Counted from the first letter of the stretch, positions 1-11,734 are shown. The stretch: DNA of 24,000 nucleotides from Jongsikchunia kroppenstedtii DSM 45133 (GCF_000380485.1 NZ_AQYG01000043.1:22519-46518), one strand, 5' to 3'. Translations and numbers: made by a program. Notes: generated by a model from the sequence alone, not told the origin.

Positions 1-12
1 CGCCTCGTCCCG

Positions 13-1233
13 ATGTCCGGCCGCGATCCTGACGAGCCGCACCGCACGGCATCCCCCCTGGAGCTGCTGTTCGACCTCACCTTCGTGGTGGCGGTCGGCA
101 CGGCCTCGGCCAACTTCGCCGACGCCTTCGTCGAGGGGCATGAGGGAACGGCGCTGCTGGCCGGGCTGCTCGCGATGTTCGCGATCAGCCTGGCGTGGAT
201 CAACTACTCCTGGTTCGCCTCCGCATTCAGCACCGACGACTGGCTCGACCGACTGCTGACGATGCTGCAGATGATCGGCGTCGTCGTGTTCGCGCTTGGG
301 ATTCCGCCGATGTTCCGATCGGTGGTGGCCGACGAGCGATTCGAGATCCGGCTGCTGGTCTTCGGTTACGTCGTGATGCGGATCGCGATGGTGCTGCAGT
401 GGTGGCGGGCCAGTCGGCAGTCGGCGAGCTTTCGTCGCGTGGCCCGGATCAACATCGCGGGCCTGATCGTCGCGCAGGCCGGGTGGATCGCGGTGGCCCT
501 GGCACGTCCGCACCTGGCGGTGGCGCTGGTGTTCTTCGTGCTCTTGGCGGCGCTGGAGCTGCTGCTGCCGGTCTTCGCGCAGGGCGGTGCGGGCGGCACG
601 CCCTGGCATCCGCATCACGTCGCCGAGCGCTACAGCGCATTCGTCATCATCGCGCTCGGTGAGGGCGTGGTCGGCACCGTCGCTTCCTCGGCCGGGCTGC
701 TCGGCGGCGACAACGGACTGCACTGGACCGGCAACGGCATCGCGGTTGCGGTGGCCGGCGTCGGATTGACCTTCGGGCTGTGGTGGGTCTACTTCTCGGT
801 CCAATTCGGGGAGATGCTCTCGCGCCGCCGCGGTCTCGGGTACGTGTTCGGATACGGCCACTTTCTGATCTTCGTCGGCATCGCCGGTGCCGGTGCCGGG
901 CTGCACATCATCGGGCTGGAGATGGAGCATCATGCCGACATCGGTCCGGTGACAACCATTGCGGCGCTGGTGATCCCGGTCGCCGTGTACCTCGTTGCGG
1001 TCTACGCGCTCTATACCGTTCTGCTGGGTGAGCTCGATCCCTTCCACCTGGTGTTGATCGTGGTGACCACGCTGATCCTGGTGCTTGCGGTGGTGCTGGC
1101 GGTAGTCGACGTGCCGGTCGCGGTCTGCCTCATCGTGGTGATGGTCGCGCCGTTCGTCAGCGTGGTCGGCTACGAGCTGGTGGGGAACCGGCACCAGCAG
1201 ACGGCACTGGCGCGCACTGCCGCTAGCGAGTGA
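13..1233 (+). CDS. Low temperature requirement protein A (LtrA) family integral membrane protein
   Basis: 406-aa ORF with many hydrophobic helices. N-terminal ELLFDLTFVVAV motif is typical of the LtrA family. ATG at 13. Confidence 0.75.
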   Translation: MSGRDPDEPHRTASPLELLFDLTFVVAVGTASANFADAFVEGHEGTALLAGLLAMFAISLAWINYSWFASAFSTDDWLDRLLTMLQMIGVVVFALGIPPMFRSVVADERFEIRLLVFGYVVMRIAMVLQWWRASRQSASFRRVARINIAGLIVAQAGWIAVALARPHLAVALVFFVLLAALELLLPVFAQGGAGGTPWHPHHVAERYSAFVIIALGEGVVGTVASSAGLLGGDNGLHWTGNGIAVAVAGVGLTFGLWWVYFSVQFGEMLSRRRGLGYVFGYGHFLIFVGIAGAGAGLHIIGLEMEHHADIGPVTTIAALVIPVAVYLVAVYALYTVLLGELDPFHLVLIVVTTLILVLAVVLAVVDVPVAVCLIVVMVAPFVSVVGYELVGNRHQQTALARTAASE

Positions 1234-2695
1234 TGCGGTAGTCGCGCGGGTCGGGCACCGACAGCATTGTGGCCAGCGTCGCGCGGTCGTACGGCCACAG
1301 GTCGACGGTGTTGTCCTCGTTGAGATACCAGGAATTGCAGCCCGTGTTCCACACCGTCGGCGCCATCGCGTCGATGACGCCGGCGTTGAACTCGTCCGTC
1401 GCCTCCTCGGTCACCTCGACCGCCGACACGGACCCGTCCGCGAACTTGCGCAGCCAGTGCAACAGGTACTTCGACGTCCGCTCGGCGGAGTACTGCAACG
1501 AGATCGAACCGGTCGGCGAGTTGGGCCCCAGCACGGTGAACAGGTTGGGGAATCCTGGGATCGCCGTCATCCGATATGCTTTGGGGCCCTTGACCCACGC
1601 ATCGTCGAGGGTGATGCCGTCGCGGCCCACGACATGCATCGGTCGCATGTAGTTGTGCGCCGCGAACCCGGTCGCCAGCACGATCAGGTCGAGCTCATGA
1701 TGTCGCCCGTCGGCCGTCGTGATGCCGGTCGGTGTCACCTCGACGATCTCGTCGGTCACCAGCGCCGCGTTTGGTCGCTGGATGGCGCGGTAGTAGGTCC
1801 CGGAGACCACCTGGCGCTTACACAAGGGCTGGTAGTCAGGGGTCAGCTGGGTGCGCAGCTTCGGATCGCGCACCTGGGCTCGCAGCGATTGCCGGGCGTA
1901 CTCCTGCACGGCGCGCCGGCGCCAGGTCGGCCGCAGCACCACATCGGCGAGCACGCCCGAGAATGCCAGCAGCCCTTGGTGTACCGCGTCGTGGGCGCGG
2001 GGCGCGCGACGGAGCAGCTCGGCGACGAGGCGGGGCTGGCGCAGCGTCATCGGTGCCCACAGGATCCACTGCGGCGACCGGACGAAGTGGGAGATGTGCG
2101 CCGCCTCACGCTGTAGGGCTGAGACCACCTGCACCCCGGTCGATCCGGTACCGAGTACGGCGATCCGCTTGCCGCGCGTCTGCACCGAATCGTCCCACCG
2201 GGCGGTGTGCACGACCTCGCCGGAAAACGATTCCAGCCCAGGGATATCCGGTATCGACGGGTGATGCAGCACCCCGGTGGCGCAGATGACGAAGTCGGCT
2301 TCCAGCTCCTCGCCGTCGGCCAGCCGGACCCGCCACTGCTGACCGCCGTCGGCCGATTCGTATTCGGCGGCAACGACTTCAGCGTTCAGGCGCAGGTATC
2401 GATCGAGCCCGAAGCGTTCCAGCACGTCGCGGTGATACTGCTGGATCTCCGACCCGCTGGCCCACATGTGCGACCAATCGGGCTTGGGCGCGAAACCGAA
2501 CTGATAGATCTGCGACGGCACATCGCAGGTGAGTCCGGGGTAGCGGTTCCAGTGCCAGACGCCGCCGACGTCGGATCCCTTCTCGAGGATGGTCAGCTTC
2601 GTGAAGCCCGCCTGGGTGAAGGTGTGCGCCGCGGTGATGCCGGCGACGCCTGCGCCGATGATGATGATCCGCGGGTCACGCGGCGCGGCAGTCAC
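1223..2695 (-). CDS. FAD-dependent Baeyer-Villiger / flavin-containing monooxygenase
   Basis: N-terminal Rossmann motif IIIIGAGVAG. BVMO fingerprint FxGxxxHxxxWD is present as FSGEVVHTARWD, and a second GTGSTG dinucleotide motif follows. Start moved from the ORF-track ATG (2854) to GTG at 2695, which overlaps the upstream SDR stop as GTGA. Confidence 0.85.
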   Translation of the reverse strand: MTAAPRDPRIIIIGAGVAGITAAHTFTQAGFTKLTILEKGSDVGGVWHWNRYPGLTCDVPSQIYQFGFAPKPDWSHMWASGSEIQQYHRDVLERFGLDRYLRLNAEVVAAEYESADGGQQWRVRLADGEELEADFVICATGVLHHPSIPDIPGLESFSGEVVHTARWDDSVQTRGKRIAVLGTGSTGVQVVSALQREAAHISHFVRSPQWILWAPMTLRQPRLVAELLRRAPRAHDAVHQGLLAFSGVLADVVLRPTWRRRAVQEYARQSLRAQVRDPKLRTQLTPDYQPLCKRQVVSGTYYRAIQRPNAALVTDEIVEVTPTGITTADGRHHELDLIVLATGFAAHNYMRPMHVVGRDGITLDDAWVKGPKAYRMTAIPGFPNLFTVLGPNSPTGSISLQYSAERTSKYLLHWLRKFADGSVSAVEVTEEATDEFNAGVIDAMAPTVWNTGCNSWYLNEDNTVDLWPYDRATLATMLSVPDPRDYRITR

Positions 2696-3561
2696 TTCGC
2701 GTCCTTCGCGTGTTCGCGGGTCTGGCGATCGATGCGGTCCGTGTACGCCCGGCGATCCTCGGGATCGAGCGAGGTGAGGGCGCGCCGGTCGTCGATGACC
2801 CGGCGGCCCACCCGCATCACCGGTTCCGGCACGAGGGTTTCGGTGAGCGACCACAGCCGCCAGATCCAGCCGGGCACCGAGACGCGCGCCTTGCGGGTCG
2901 AGAGCGTTTTCACGATCGCCGCGGCCACGTCCTCCGGATCCACGGCCGGCAGTCCCTTGCCGAGCGGTGCTCCCGAGGCCAATTCGGTCCGGACCGCCGC
3001 GGGCAGGATCGCCGACACCGTGACGCCGGTACCCGCGTACTCCTGGCGGGCGGCGAGCGACGCACCGAGCGCCCCGTACTTGCTGGCGTTGTAGGTGACC
3101 ATGCCCGGGATGGGAATCATGCCGGCCATCGACGCGACGTTGACGACGTGGCCGCGACCGCGCGCGACCATGTGCGGCACGACGGTCCGCATGCCGGCGA
3201 GCATGCCGCGGACATTCACGTCGAGGATCAGGTCGGTGGTCGCATCCGACTCGTCGGCGAAAGCGCCGAGGGGCATGATGCCCGCGTTGTTGATCAGCAC
3301 GTCGATGCGACCGTCGGCCTCCAGCACGGTGTCAACCGCGGCGCGCCAGGAGTCGCGGTCGGTGACGTCGAGCGGGAGTGCGGCCGCCCGGGAGATGCCG
3401 GCGGCGGTGGTCACGGCGACATCGTGATCGACGTCGCCGATCCAGACCTTGGCGCCCTGCGCCGCGAACAGCGAGGCGGTGGCGGCACCGATGCCGCGGG
3501 CCCCACCGGTGATCAGGACGACGGCGTCGTGCGGGGCGATTCGGGGGGATGTGGTGGGCAT
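2692..3561 (-). CDS. Classical short-chain dehydrogenase/reductase (SDR)
   Basis: TGGARGIG cofactor motif, NNAG, and catalytic YNASK. AAGGAG Shine-Dalgarno sits 6 nt upstream of ATG 3561. Confidence 0.9.
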   Translation of the reverse strand: MPTTSPRIAPHDAVVLITGGARGIGAATASLFAAQGAKVWIGDVDHDVAVTTAAGISRAAALPLDVTDRDSWRAAVDTVLEADGRIDVLINNAGIMPLGAFADESDATTDLILDVNVRGMLAGMRTVVPHMVARGRGHVVNVASMAGMIPIPGMVTYNASKYGALGASLAARQEYAGTGVTVSAILPAAVRTELASGAPLGKGLPAVDPEDVAAAIVKTLSTRKARVSVPGWIWRLWSLTETLVPEPVMRVGRRVIDDRRALTSLDPEDRRAYTDRIDRQTREHAKDAK

Positions 3562-3581
3562 GTGGCTCCTTCGGATTTCGG

Positions 3582-3594
3582 ATACCGACGGTAT
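3582..3594. promoter_or_regulatory. Candidate TetR operator, perfect palindrome ATACCG-A-CGGTAT
   Basis: 13-bp perfect palindrome in the 78-bp divergent SDR/TetR intergenic region. It overlaps a minus-strand TACCGT -10-like hexamer (3588-3593). Confidence 0.4.
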
Positions 3595-3639
3595 GCGAAT
3601 GGCTGCGGCGAGTCAACAGTGCCCGGTACGATTCCTGCC

Positions 3640-4281
3640 ATGGCATCGTTGACCCGCGCCGAAAGGCAGGCCCGCACCCGCGCTGACCTGCTGCAAGTCG
3701 CGCAGCAGCGGTTTCTTGCCGATGGCTATACCGGCGCCAGTCTGGATGCGATCGCGGAGGCTGCGGGCTATTCGAAGGGCGCCGTCTATTCCAACTTCAC
3801 GGACAAACGGAGCCTTTGTGCCGCGGTTCTCGACAATATCCACCACCAGAAGGTGGCGGAGATCGAGGCAATCGTCGCCACCGACGCGCCGCTCGCCGAC
3901 CGAGTCGAGCGCATCAACGAATGGCTGGAGCACACCGTGGGTGATGTCGGCTGGACCCGGCTCGAGATGGAGTTCGCCGCCGGGGTCTGGCGCGACGAAG
4001 AACTCGCGGCCATGGAGATCGGGCTCCGCAGGGACATGAAGCAGCAGGTGGCGGCGATGTTGCAGACGCTCGCCACCGAGCTCGGTGTCACTGATGAGCG
4101 AATCGCGTTGGCGCAGATGTCGATCGACGACATGGCCGAACTCGTGCTCAGTACCGGCATCGGTCTGGGGATCCAGCGCGCGGTCGATCCCACGGTGTCG
4201 GTGGCCCCGGCGGTCGACGCGGTGCGCCTGGTGGTGGGCATGCTGTCGATGCTCGGCGGCGCGGCCTCGGGCGCGCGTTAG
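3640..4281 (+). CDS. TetR/AcrR family transcriptional regulator
   Basis: N-terminal HTH (RTRADLLQVAQQRFLADGYTGASLDAIAEAAGYSKGAVYSNF). Start set at the in-frame ATG 3640 inside ORF 2710..4281. TACGAT lies 7 nt upstream, a leaderless-type geometry. Divergent from the SDR-BVMO operon. Confidence 0.9.
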   Translation: MASLTRAERQARTRADLLQVAQQRFLADGYTGASLDAIAEAAGYSKGAVYSNFTDKRSLCAAVLDNIHHQKVAEIEAIVATDAPLADRVERINEWLEHTVGDVGWTRLEMEFAAGVWRDEELAAMEIGLRRDMKQQVAAMLQTLATELGVTDERIALAQMSIDDMAELVLSTGIGLGIQRAVDPTVSVAPAVDAVRLVVGMLSMLGGAASGAR

Positions 4282-4282
4282 G

Positions 4283-5371
4283 TCAGGTCAGGCCCAGATA
4301 CTCAGCCACATTCCGAGCCGCCTCACGGCCCGCCCGGTTCGCGCCGATGGTCGACGCGGACGGACCGTAGCCGAGCAGTTGGATGCGATGGTCGGCCGCC
4401 ACGGTGGTGGCCAACCGGCCGGTCATCGTGATGCCGCCGCCGGCCTCGCGCAGATGCAGTGGTCCGAGGTGGTCCAGCGAACTGCGAAAACCCGTGCACC
4501 ACAACAGCACGTCGACATCCAAGCGTTCGCCCGTATCCCAGGTGACGCCATCCGCGTCGATCGCGGTGAACATCGGTCGCCACCGCAGCAGCCCGTCGCG
4601 CCGGGCGGCCCGGATCGAATCGTTCTCCGGGAGGCCGGTCACCGAAACGACCGAAGTCGGCGGCAGGCCGGCGCGCACCCGACGCTCCACCCGCGCGACC
4701 GCCTCCCGGCCGCGCTCCGGGCTGAACGGGCCGGGGTCGAAGACAGGCTCTCGGCGACTGCACCAGAAGGTCTGTGCGCCCGGGGCTTCCCGGCCGATCT
4801 CGATCAGCAGCTGCACCGCGGAGATGCCGGCGCCGACCACCAGCACGCGGCGTCCGGCGAAATCGGCGGGCCCACGGTAGTCGTGCGTGTGCAACTGCGT
4901 GCCGCGAAAGGTGTTGCGGCCGGCGAAGAAGGGAATGAACGGGCGATCCCACGTGCCCGTGGCGTTGATCAGGGTGCTGGCGATCACGGTCGCGTCGCGG
5001 CCGTCACGGACGTGGTCGATGGCGAAGCCCGCCGGATCGGGACGGACGCGGCGCACATGCACCGGCCGCTGGACCTCGATGCCGAACTTGTCCTCGTATT
5101 GGCCGAAATACTCGGGGACCGCACTCGCCGCCGGCAGCGCGTCGCAATCGGTGCCGAGCGCCTCGACGATCCCGAGACCCGGGAGATCGTGCACGCGGTT
5201 GGCCGTGGCGAGGGTCAGCGTCGGCCAGCGATGTTGCCAGGCGCCGCCGGGCCGCTCATAGTGATCAACGATCAGCGAGCGATCGACGCCGAATTTGACC
5301 AGATAGTAAGCACCCGACAAACCGGCCTGCCCCGCGCCGAGTACCGCTACGTCGACATCTGCACCCGCCAT
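4283..5371 (-). CDS. NAD(P)/FAD-dependent oxidoreductase (flavin monooxygenase-like)
   Basis: DVAVLGAGQAGLSGAYYL and VLVVGAGISAVQ dinucleotide-binding motifs. Start moved to ATG 5371 (MAGADVDVAVLGAG), with TACCGT 7 nt upstream on the minus strand. Confidence 0.7.
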   Translation of the reverse strand: MAGADVDVAVLGAGQAGLSGAYYLVKFGVDRSLIVDHYERPGGAWQHRWPTLTLATANRVHDLPGLGIVEALGTDCDALPAASAVPEYFGQYEDKFGIEVQRPVHVRRVRPDPAGFAIDHVRDGRDATVIASTLINATGTWDRPFIPFFAGRNTFRGTQLHTHDYRGPADFAGRRVLVVGAGISAVQLLIEIGREAPGAQTFWCSRREPVFDPGPFSPERGREAVARVERRVRAGLPPTSVVSVTGLPENDSIRAARRDGLLRWRPMFTAIDADGVTWDTGERLDVDVLLWCTGFRSSLDHLGPLHLREAGGGITMTGRLATTVAADHRIQLLGYGPSASTIGANRAGREAARNVAEYLGLT

Positions 5372-5414
5372 GAAATTCACGGTATGCGATGTCGGTTCAA
5401 GTACGGTGAGCGCC

Positions 5415-6146
5415 ATGATTGGAGTCAGTCGTACCGGTGATGTGACCACTATCGAGCTGCAACGCCCCGAACAACGCAACGCGCTCAATCACGAGATGGT
5501 CGACGGTATTGCGACTGCGGTGACCGGCGCCGTCGACGCCGGAGCCCGCGTGATCGTCCTGACCGGGCAGGGCACGGTGTTCTGCGCGGGCGCCGACCTG
5601 TCGGGCCCGGTCTACGACCAGGATTTCCTCGAGAAGCTGCTCGCGATGCTGCGCGTGATCGACTCCGTGCCGGTTCCTGTCATCGCGGCGCTGAACGGCC
5701 CCGCACTGGGTGCGGGGCTGCAATTGGCGATGGCCGCCGACCTGCGGGTGATGGCACCGGAGTCGATGGTCGGCATACCGGCGGCGAAGATCGGTGTCGC
5801 TGTTGATGATTGGACCATCAAGCGGCTCGTGTCGCTGGTCGGCGGCGGCGTGGCCCGCGGCATCACGCTGGCCTGCGAGTCGTTGAGCGCCGATCGCGCA
5901 TGGGAACTCGGCTTCGCGAACAAGATCGGTGACCTCGCCGATGCGCAGCACTGGGCGGCGACGATCGCCGTGCTCGCGCCGTTGACGCTGCAGCATTACA
6001 AGCTGGTGCTGAACGACGACGGTACGCGCGATGCGGCCCCCGCGGCGCACCTGGAATCGATGATGCGTGCCTGGGAGAGCGAGGATCTCGAGGAGGGTAA
6101 ACGCGCTCGGATCGAGAAGCGCATGCCGGTCTACCGGGGGCGATGA
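5415..6146 (+). CDS. echA6: Enoyl-CoA hydratase/isomerase (crotonase) family protein, EchA6-like
   Basis: 243 aa. From memory it aligns along its length with M. tuberculosis EchA6: MIG..TIELQRPE.RNALN, GQGT.FCAGADLSG, NGPA.GAGLQLAM, and a C-terminal KR.P.. tail. TACGGT lies 7 nt upstream of ATG 5415. Confidence 0.8.
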   Translation: MIGVSRTGDVTTIELQRPEQRNALNHEMVDGIATAVTGAVDAGARVIVLTGQGTVFCAGADLSGPVYDQDFLEKLLAMLRVIDSVPVPVIAALNGPALGAGLQLAMAADLRVMAPESMVGIPAAKIGVAVDDWTIKRLVSLVGGGVARGITLACESLSADRAWELGFANKIGDLADAQHWAATIAVLAPLTLQHYKLVLNDDGTRDAAPAAHLESMMRAWESEDLEEGKRARIEKRMPVYRGR

Positions 6147-6163
6147 CCGCGATCATCGCCCCC
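6136..6163. terminator. Hairpin between convergent echA6 and porin genes
   Basis: Perfect 11-bp inverted repeat GGGGGCGATGA/TCATCGCCCCC with a 6-nt loop. It contains the echA6 stop codon. No U-tract, so it is the I-shaped type. Confidence 0.4.
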
Positions 6164-6175
6164 GATCCCGGGTGG

Positions 6176-6820
6176 TCAGAAGTCGAATTGCTTTCCGTAC
6201 GCGGTCGTTTGGAGCGTGCCGGCATCGGAGTTCAATGTCGCCGTCACGAACGGGACCGCGGATGCGCGTCCGCCGCACTGCGACAGATTCAGCGCGGTGG
6301 CGGCATGCTCGACCTGGTAGGGCGACGTGGCATGGTCGCCGAGTGTGGCGTCGATGACCTTGACCGCGGTGACCTCTCCGGGAGCCAGCGTGAGGGAGAT
6401 GTTGCCGCCCAGGTTCGCCGAGGGGCTCAGGCTGTTGGAGCCGGGGGACGCGCCCAAGCTGGCGCCCAGCCCGATTCCAGGGGAGACGCCGAGACTGAGA
6501 CCGCTGCTCAGATCGGCCTGGCACCCGATGAGGTAGCCCGCGACCATCTGGCCGCCGCTGACCTTTCCGTTGAAGCGAACGTTGGCACGCTCGGAAACCG
6601 TTGCAGCATGGTTGAATAGGGCCGCGTTCGGGGTGCTCTGACCGGCCGGACGCGAATGCGAATCGATCACCTGCACCGTCATCGTGAGCGGGCTGTTGTC
6701 CAGCGAGACTGTGCTGGTACCGATCCCGTGCGCGGGTGCGGCACCGGCGATTCCGGCGACCGCGGTGGACGCGGCGGCGGCGGTGATGACGGCTGTGACG
6801 ATCGATTGGCGGGTCAGCAT
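6176..6820 (-). CDS. MspA-family-like secreted porin, paralog 1
   Basis: Signal peptide MLTRQSIVTAVITAAAASTAVAGIAGAAPA. The beta-rich Gly/Ser/Thr mature region is laid out like MspA (GYLIGCQ.. loop region .. C-terminal aromatic end QFDF). AGGAGA Shine-Dalgarno lies upstream of ATG 6820. Family assignment is from memory, not from a search. Confidence 0.6.
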   Translation of the reverse strand: MLTRQSIVTAVITAAAASTAVAGIAGAAPAHGIGTSTVSLDNSPLTMTVQVIDSHSRPAGQSTPNAALFNHAATVSERANVRFNGKVSGGQMVAGYLIGCQADLSSGLSLGVSPGIGLGASLGASPGSNSLSPSANLGGNISLTLAPGEVTAVKVIDATLGDHATSPYQVEHAATALNLSQCGGRASAVPFVTATLNSDAGTLQTTAYGKQFDF

Positions 6821-6989
6821 TTCTCTCCTCATGGCGGGTGATGAACAACGCGTCCGACACCGGCCCGGATTCGGGTGATTGCAGTGGTCGTCGGAAACGC
6901 GCGACATCCACTAGTCGGGGAGAATGCCGACGGGGTTCCGGCGGGTGCGAGAAACGCTGGGTGAGTGCCGTCACACCCGCCGTGGGCGG

Positions 6990-7652
6990 TCAGAAGTCGA
7001 ATTGCGTTCCGTACGCGGTGGTCTGCAGGGTTCCGGAGTTCGAATTCAGCGTCGCGGTGACGAACGGAACGGCCGACGCGCGCCCGCCGCATTGCGAGAG
7101 GTTCAACGCCGTTCCGTTGTGCGCCACCTGATACGGCGAACTGATTCCGCTGCCGAGCGACGTGTTGATGATCGTGGCGGTGGTGACCTGGCCAGGTACC
7201 AGTGACATCGAGATGCTGCCGCCGAGACCGACCGATGGGCCCGCGTAGTCGTCCGACGGCACGCCCGGCGTGTAGCTCCCGCTCAGGCCGACGTTGGGCG
7301 AGATCCCGACGTTGATGCCGTTGCTCAGATTGACCTGGCAGCCGACCAGATACCCGGCGGTCATGTTCCCGCCCGTCGTCTTCCCGGTGAAGGTCAGATC
7401 GGCGCGCTCGGAGACGATCGCCGAATGGTTCAGGACCACGGCGGTCGGTGTCATGGCGCCGGCGGCTGCAGAATGCGAATCGATCACTCGCAGGGTCATG
7501 CGCAGCTGGTTGCCGGTCAACGACACGCTGCTCACCCCCGCGGCGGGCGCCGCGGACGCCGTTGCCGCGGCGGCGCCGGCGAAGGTTGCGGTGGTCACGG
7601 TCGCGATGGTGGCGAGTACGAGGGTGCCGCGGGTCGGTCGTCGCAGATTCAT
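6990..7652 (-). CDS. MspA-family-like secreted porin, paralog 2
   Basis: Signal peptide MNLRRPTRGTLVLATIATVTTATFAGAAAATASA. Collinear with paralog 1, and the last 39 aa match at 36/39. TACTAT lies 7 nt upstream of ATG 7652, a leaderless-type geometry. Confidence 0.6.
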   Translation of the reverse strand: MNLRRPTRGTLVLATIATVTTATFAGAAAATASAAPAAGVSSVSLTGNQLRMTLRVIDSHSAAAGAMTPTAVVLNHSAIVSERADLTFTGKTTGGNMTAGYLVGCQVNLSNGINVGISPNVGLSGSYTPGVPSDDYAGPSVGLGGSISMSLVPGQVTTATIINTSLGSGISSPYQVAHNGTALNLSQCGGRASAVPFVTATLNSNSGTLQTTAYGTQFDF

Positions 7653-7880
7653 GGCGGCGATAGTAGAGGCGATTCCTGGGGGTTCAGTGTGGGCGCCGAT
7701 CTGCCCGGATGGCCCCAAAGTCCGGAAATGACAGTACTTTCCGGCTTCGGCAGGCGAAGAATGCGTCGATCGTCGGCCGCGCACGCCGACAGATGTCCGA
7801 TGTGGCCCGCGTGACCCGGCCGTATCCCCTGCGGATGAAGAACGTCGGGATCGCCGGATCGATCGGTAGGCTGCAGTGTT

Positions 7881-8974
7881 GTGCTATCCAAGCTTTCCGA
7901 GCGGCCCCGTGATCTGCTGAACTCCGGCCGCGCCACCTACGACGCGATGGGCGCGTCGAAGGCGCAGATCGTCGCCGATATCGCGGGCTCCCCGCACCAG
8001 CGCGACGGTGTGTTCGCCAACCTGGAACCGTCGCGGCAGGTGGAGAACGGCGGCGGGGCGGCCCTGGAGATGGCGCGCCGGGGACGGACCGGATCGCCGC
8101 GGCGGCCGATCCCGCTCCTGCCGGTCGACAGCCCGGCCGAGCCGGCCGAACTGGCGGCGACCTGGCTCGGACACGCCACCGCGCTCCTCGAGGTCGACGG
8201 CGCCCGCATCATCACCGACCCGGTGTTCTCGCAGCGCTGCTCGCCGTCGCCGATCCTGGGGCCCGCCCGAATGCATCCGATGCCGTGCGCCGTCGCCGAT
8301 CTGCCGCCGATAGACGTGGTGCTCGTCAGCCATGACCACTACGACCATCTGGACATGCCATCGGTGATCGACCTAGCCGGCCGGTTTCCGGACGCGCAGT
8401 TCGTCACCCCCATCGGGGTCGGCGCGCACCTGCGCCGCTGGGGAATCGATGGCGACCGCATCCACCAGGCCGACTGGGGCCAGCGGATCACGGTCGGGGA
8501 CATCGCCTTCGACGCCTGCTCCGCCCGGCATTTCTCGGGGCGGGCGCTGCGGCGCAACACCACGCTGTGGGCCAGCTGGGCGATCGCCGGTCCGCGGCAC
8601 AACGCTTTCTTCACCGGCGACACCGGCTACACCGACGCGTACATCGATCACGGTGCGGCCCACGGACCGTTCCAGCTGACGCTGGTGCCCATCGGCGCCT
8701 ACAGCCCCATGTGGCCCGATATCCATACCAATCCGGAAGAGGCGGTGCGCATCCATCGGGCGCTCGGGGGCGATCGCCCGGCGGACAGTGTGCTGCTGCC
8801 GATCCACTGGGCCACTTTCAATCTGGCCACCCATGAGTGGGACGACCCGGTCCGCCGGCTGCGGGCAGCGGCCGACGGGCTCACGGTGTACACGCCGAAA
8901 CCCGGTGGCCGGATCGACGTGGTGGCGCGCACCGGCCCGGGAACGACGGATCAACAGTGGTGGGAGGCCGTGGG

Positions 8975-8978
<4 letters not shown>
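7881..8978 (+). CDS. MBL-fold metallo-hydrolase (Rv0906-like)
   Basis: Metal-binding motif [10 protein letters not shown] and overall Lactamase_B_2-type layout. GTG 7881 is preceded by TAGGCT 8 nt upstream. An alternative ATG at 7947 is possible. Confidence 0.8.
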
Positions 8979-11461
<2,483 letters not shown>

Positions 11462-11513
11462 CATATATTGGAGATCGAGCAGAATCTCCGCTCCACTGAC
11501 AAGGGAAGGCATC

Positions 11514-11714
11514 ATGGCCGACATCAAGGGACTTGTGGACAAGGCGAAGGGCTTCCTCGGCTCCAAGACTGGCCAGGACGGCCTGGCGAAGGGCGCTGAC
11601 GCAGTCAAGAAGGCGACCGGCGGCAAGTTCGACAGTCAGGTCGACAAGGGTGTCGACGCCGCGAAGAAGTTCGCGGGCGGCGAGGCCGACAAGAGCGAGG
11701 GTCAGCCGAGCTGA
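11514..11714 (+). CDS. Small Rv0909/MT0933-like antitoxin-family protein
   Basis: 66-aa Lys/Gly/Asp-rich protein (KAKGFLGSKTGQDGLAKGADAVKKATGGKFDSQVDKGVDAAKKF), typical of the MT0933-like antitoxin family. GGGAAGG Shine-Dalgarno upstream. It lies directly downstream of ctpE, as in M. tuberculosis. Confidence 0.65.
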   Translation: MADIKGLVDKAKGFLGSKTGQDGLAKGADAVKKATGGKFDSQVDKGVDAAKKFAGGEADKSEGQPS

Positions 11715-11734
11715 TTTCTCGCAATAATCTGCAG

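Noticed and set aside
2696-2854. Upstream extension of the BVMO ORF to ATG 2854
   Set aside because: It would overlap the SDR 3' end by 160 nt with an Arg/Pro-rich sequence. The Rossmann motif sits at the usual distance from GTG 2695, which forms a GTGA overlap with the SDR stop.
2710-3639. 310-aa N-terminal extension of the TetR ORF (track ORF 2710..4281)
   Set aside because: It is antisense to the well-supported SDR gene, with the Arg/Gly/Asp/His-rich composition typical of GC-driven spurious frames. The TetR HTH begins right after the internal ATG 3640, which has its own promoter-like hexamer.
6143-7131. Repeated roughly 120-bp segments (6173-6300 and 6987-7110) as a possible repeat or mobile element
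   Set aside because: They are the conserved 3' coding ends of the two porin paralogs read on the opposite strand.
7718-7747. Hairpin AAG(t)CCGGAAA-N9-TTTCCGGCTT in the porin 2 / MBL divergent intergenic region
   Set aside because: It is a real 10-bp inverted repeat with one bulge, but it has no U-tract and no nearby motif partner. It cannot be assigned as operator or RNA structure from sequence alone.
11470-11489. Small hairpin GGAGAT-N8-ATCTCC after ctpE as a terminator
   Set aside because: The stem is only 6 bp with no U-tract, and the Rv0909-like gene follows 25 nt later and is probably co-transcribed.
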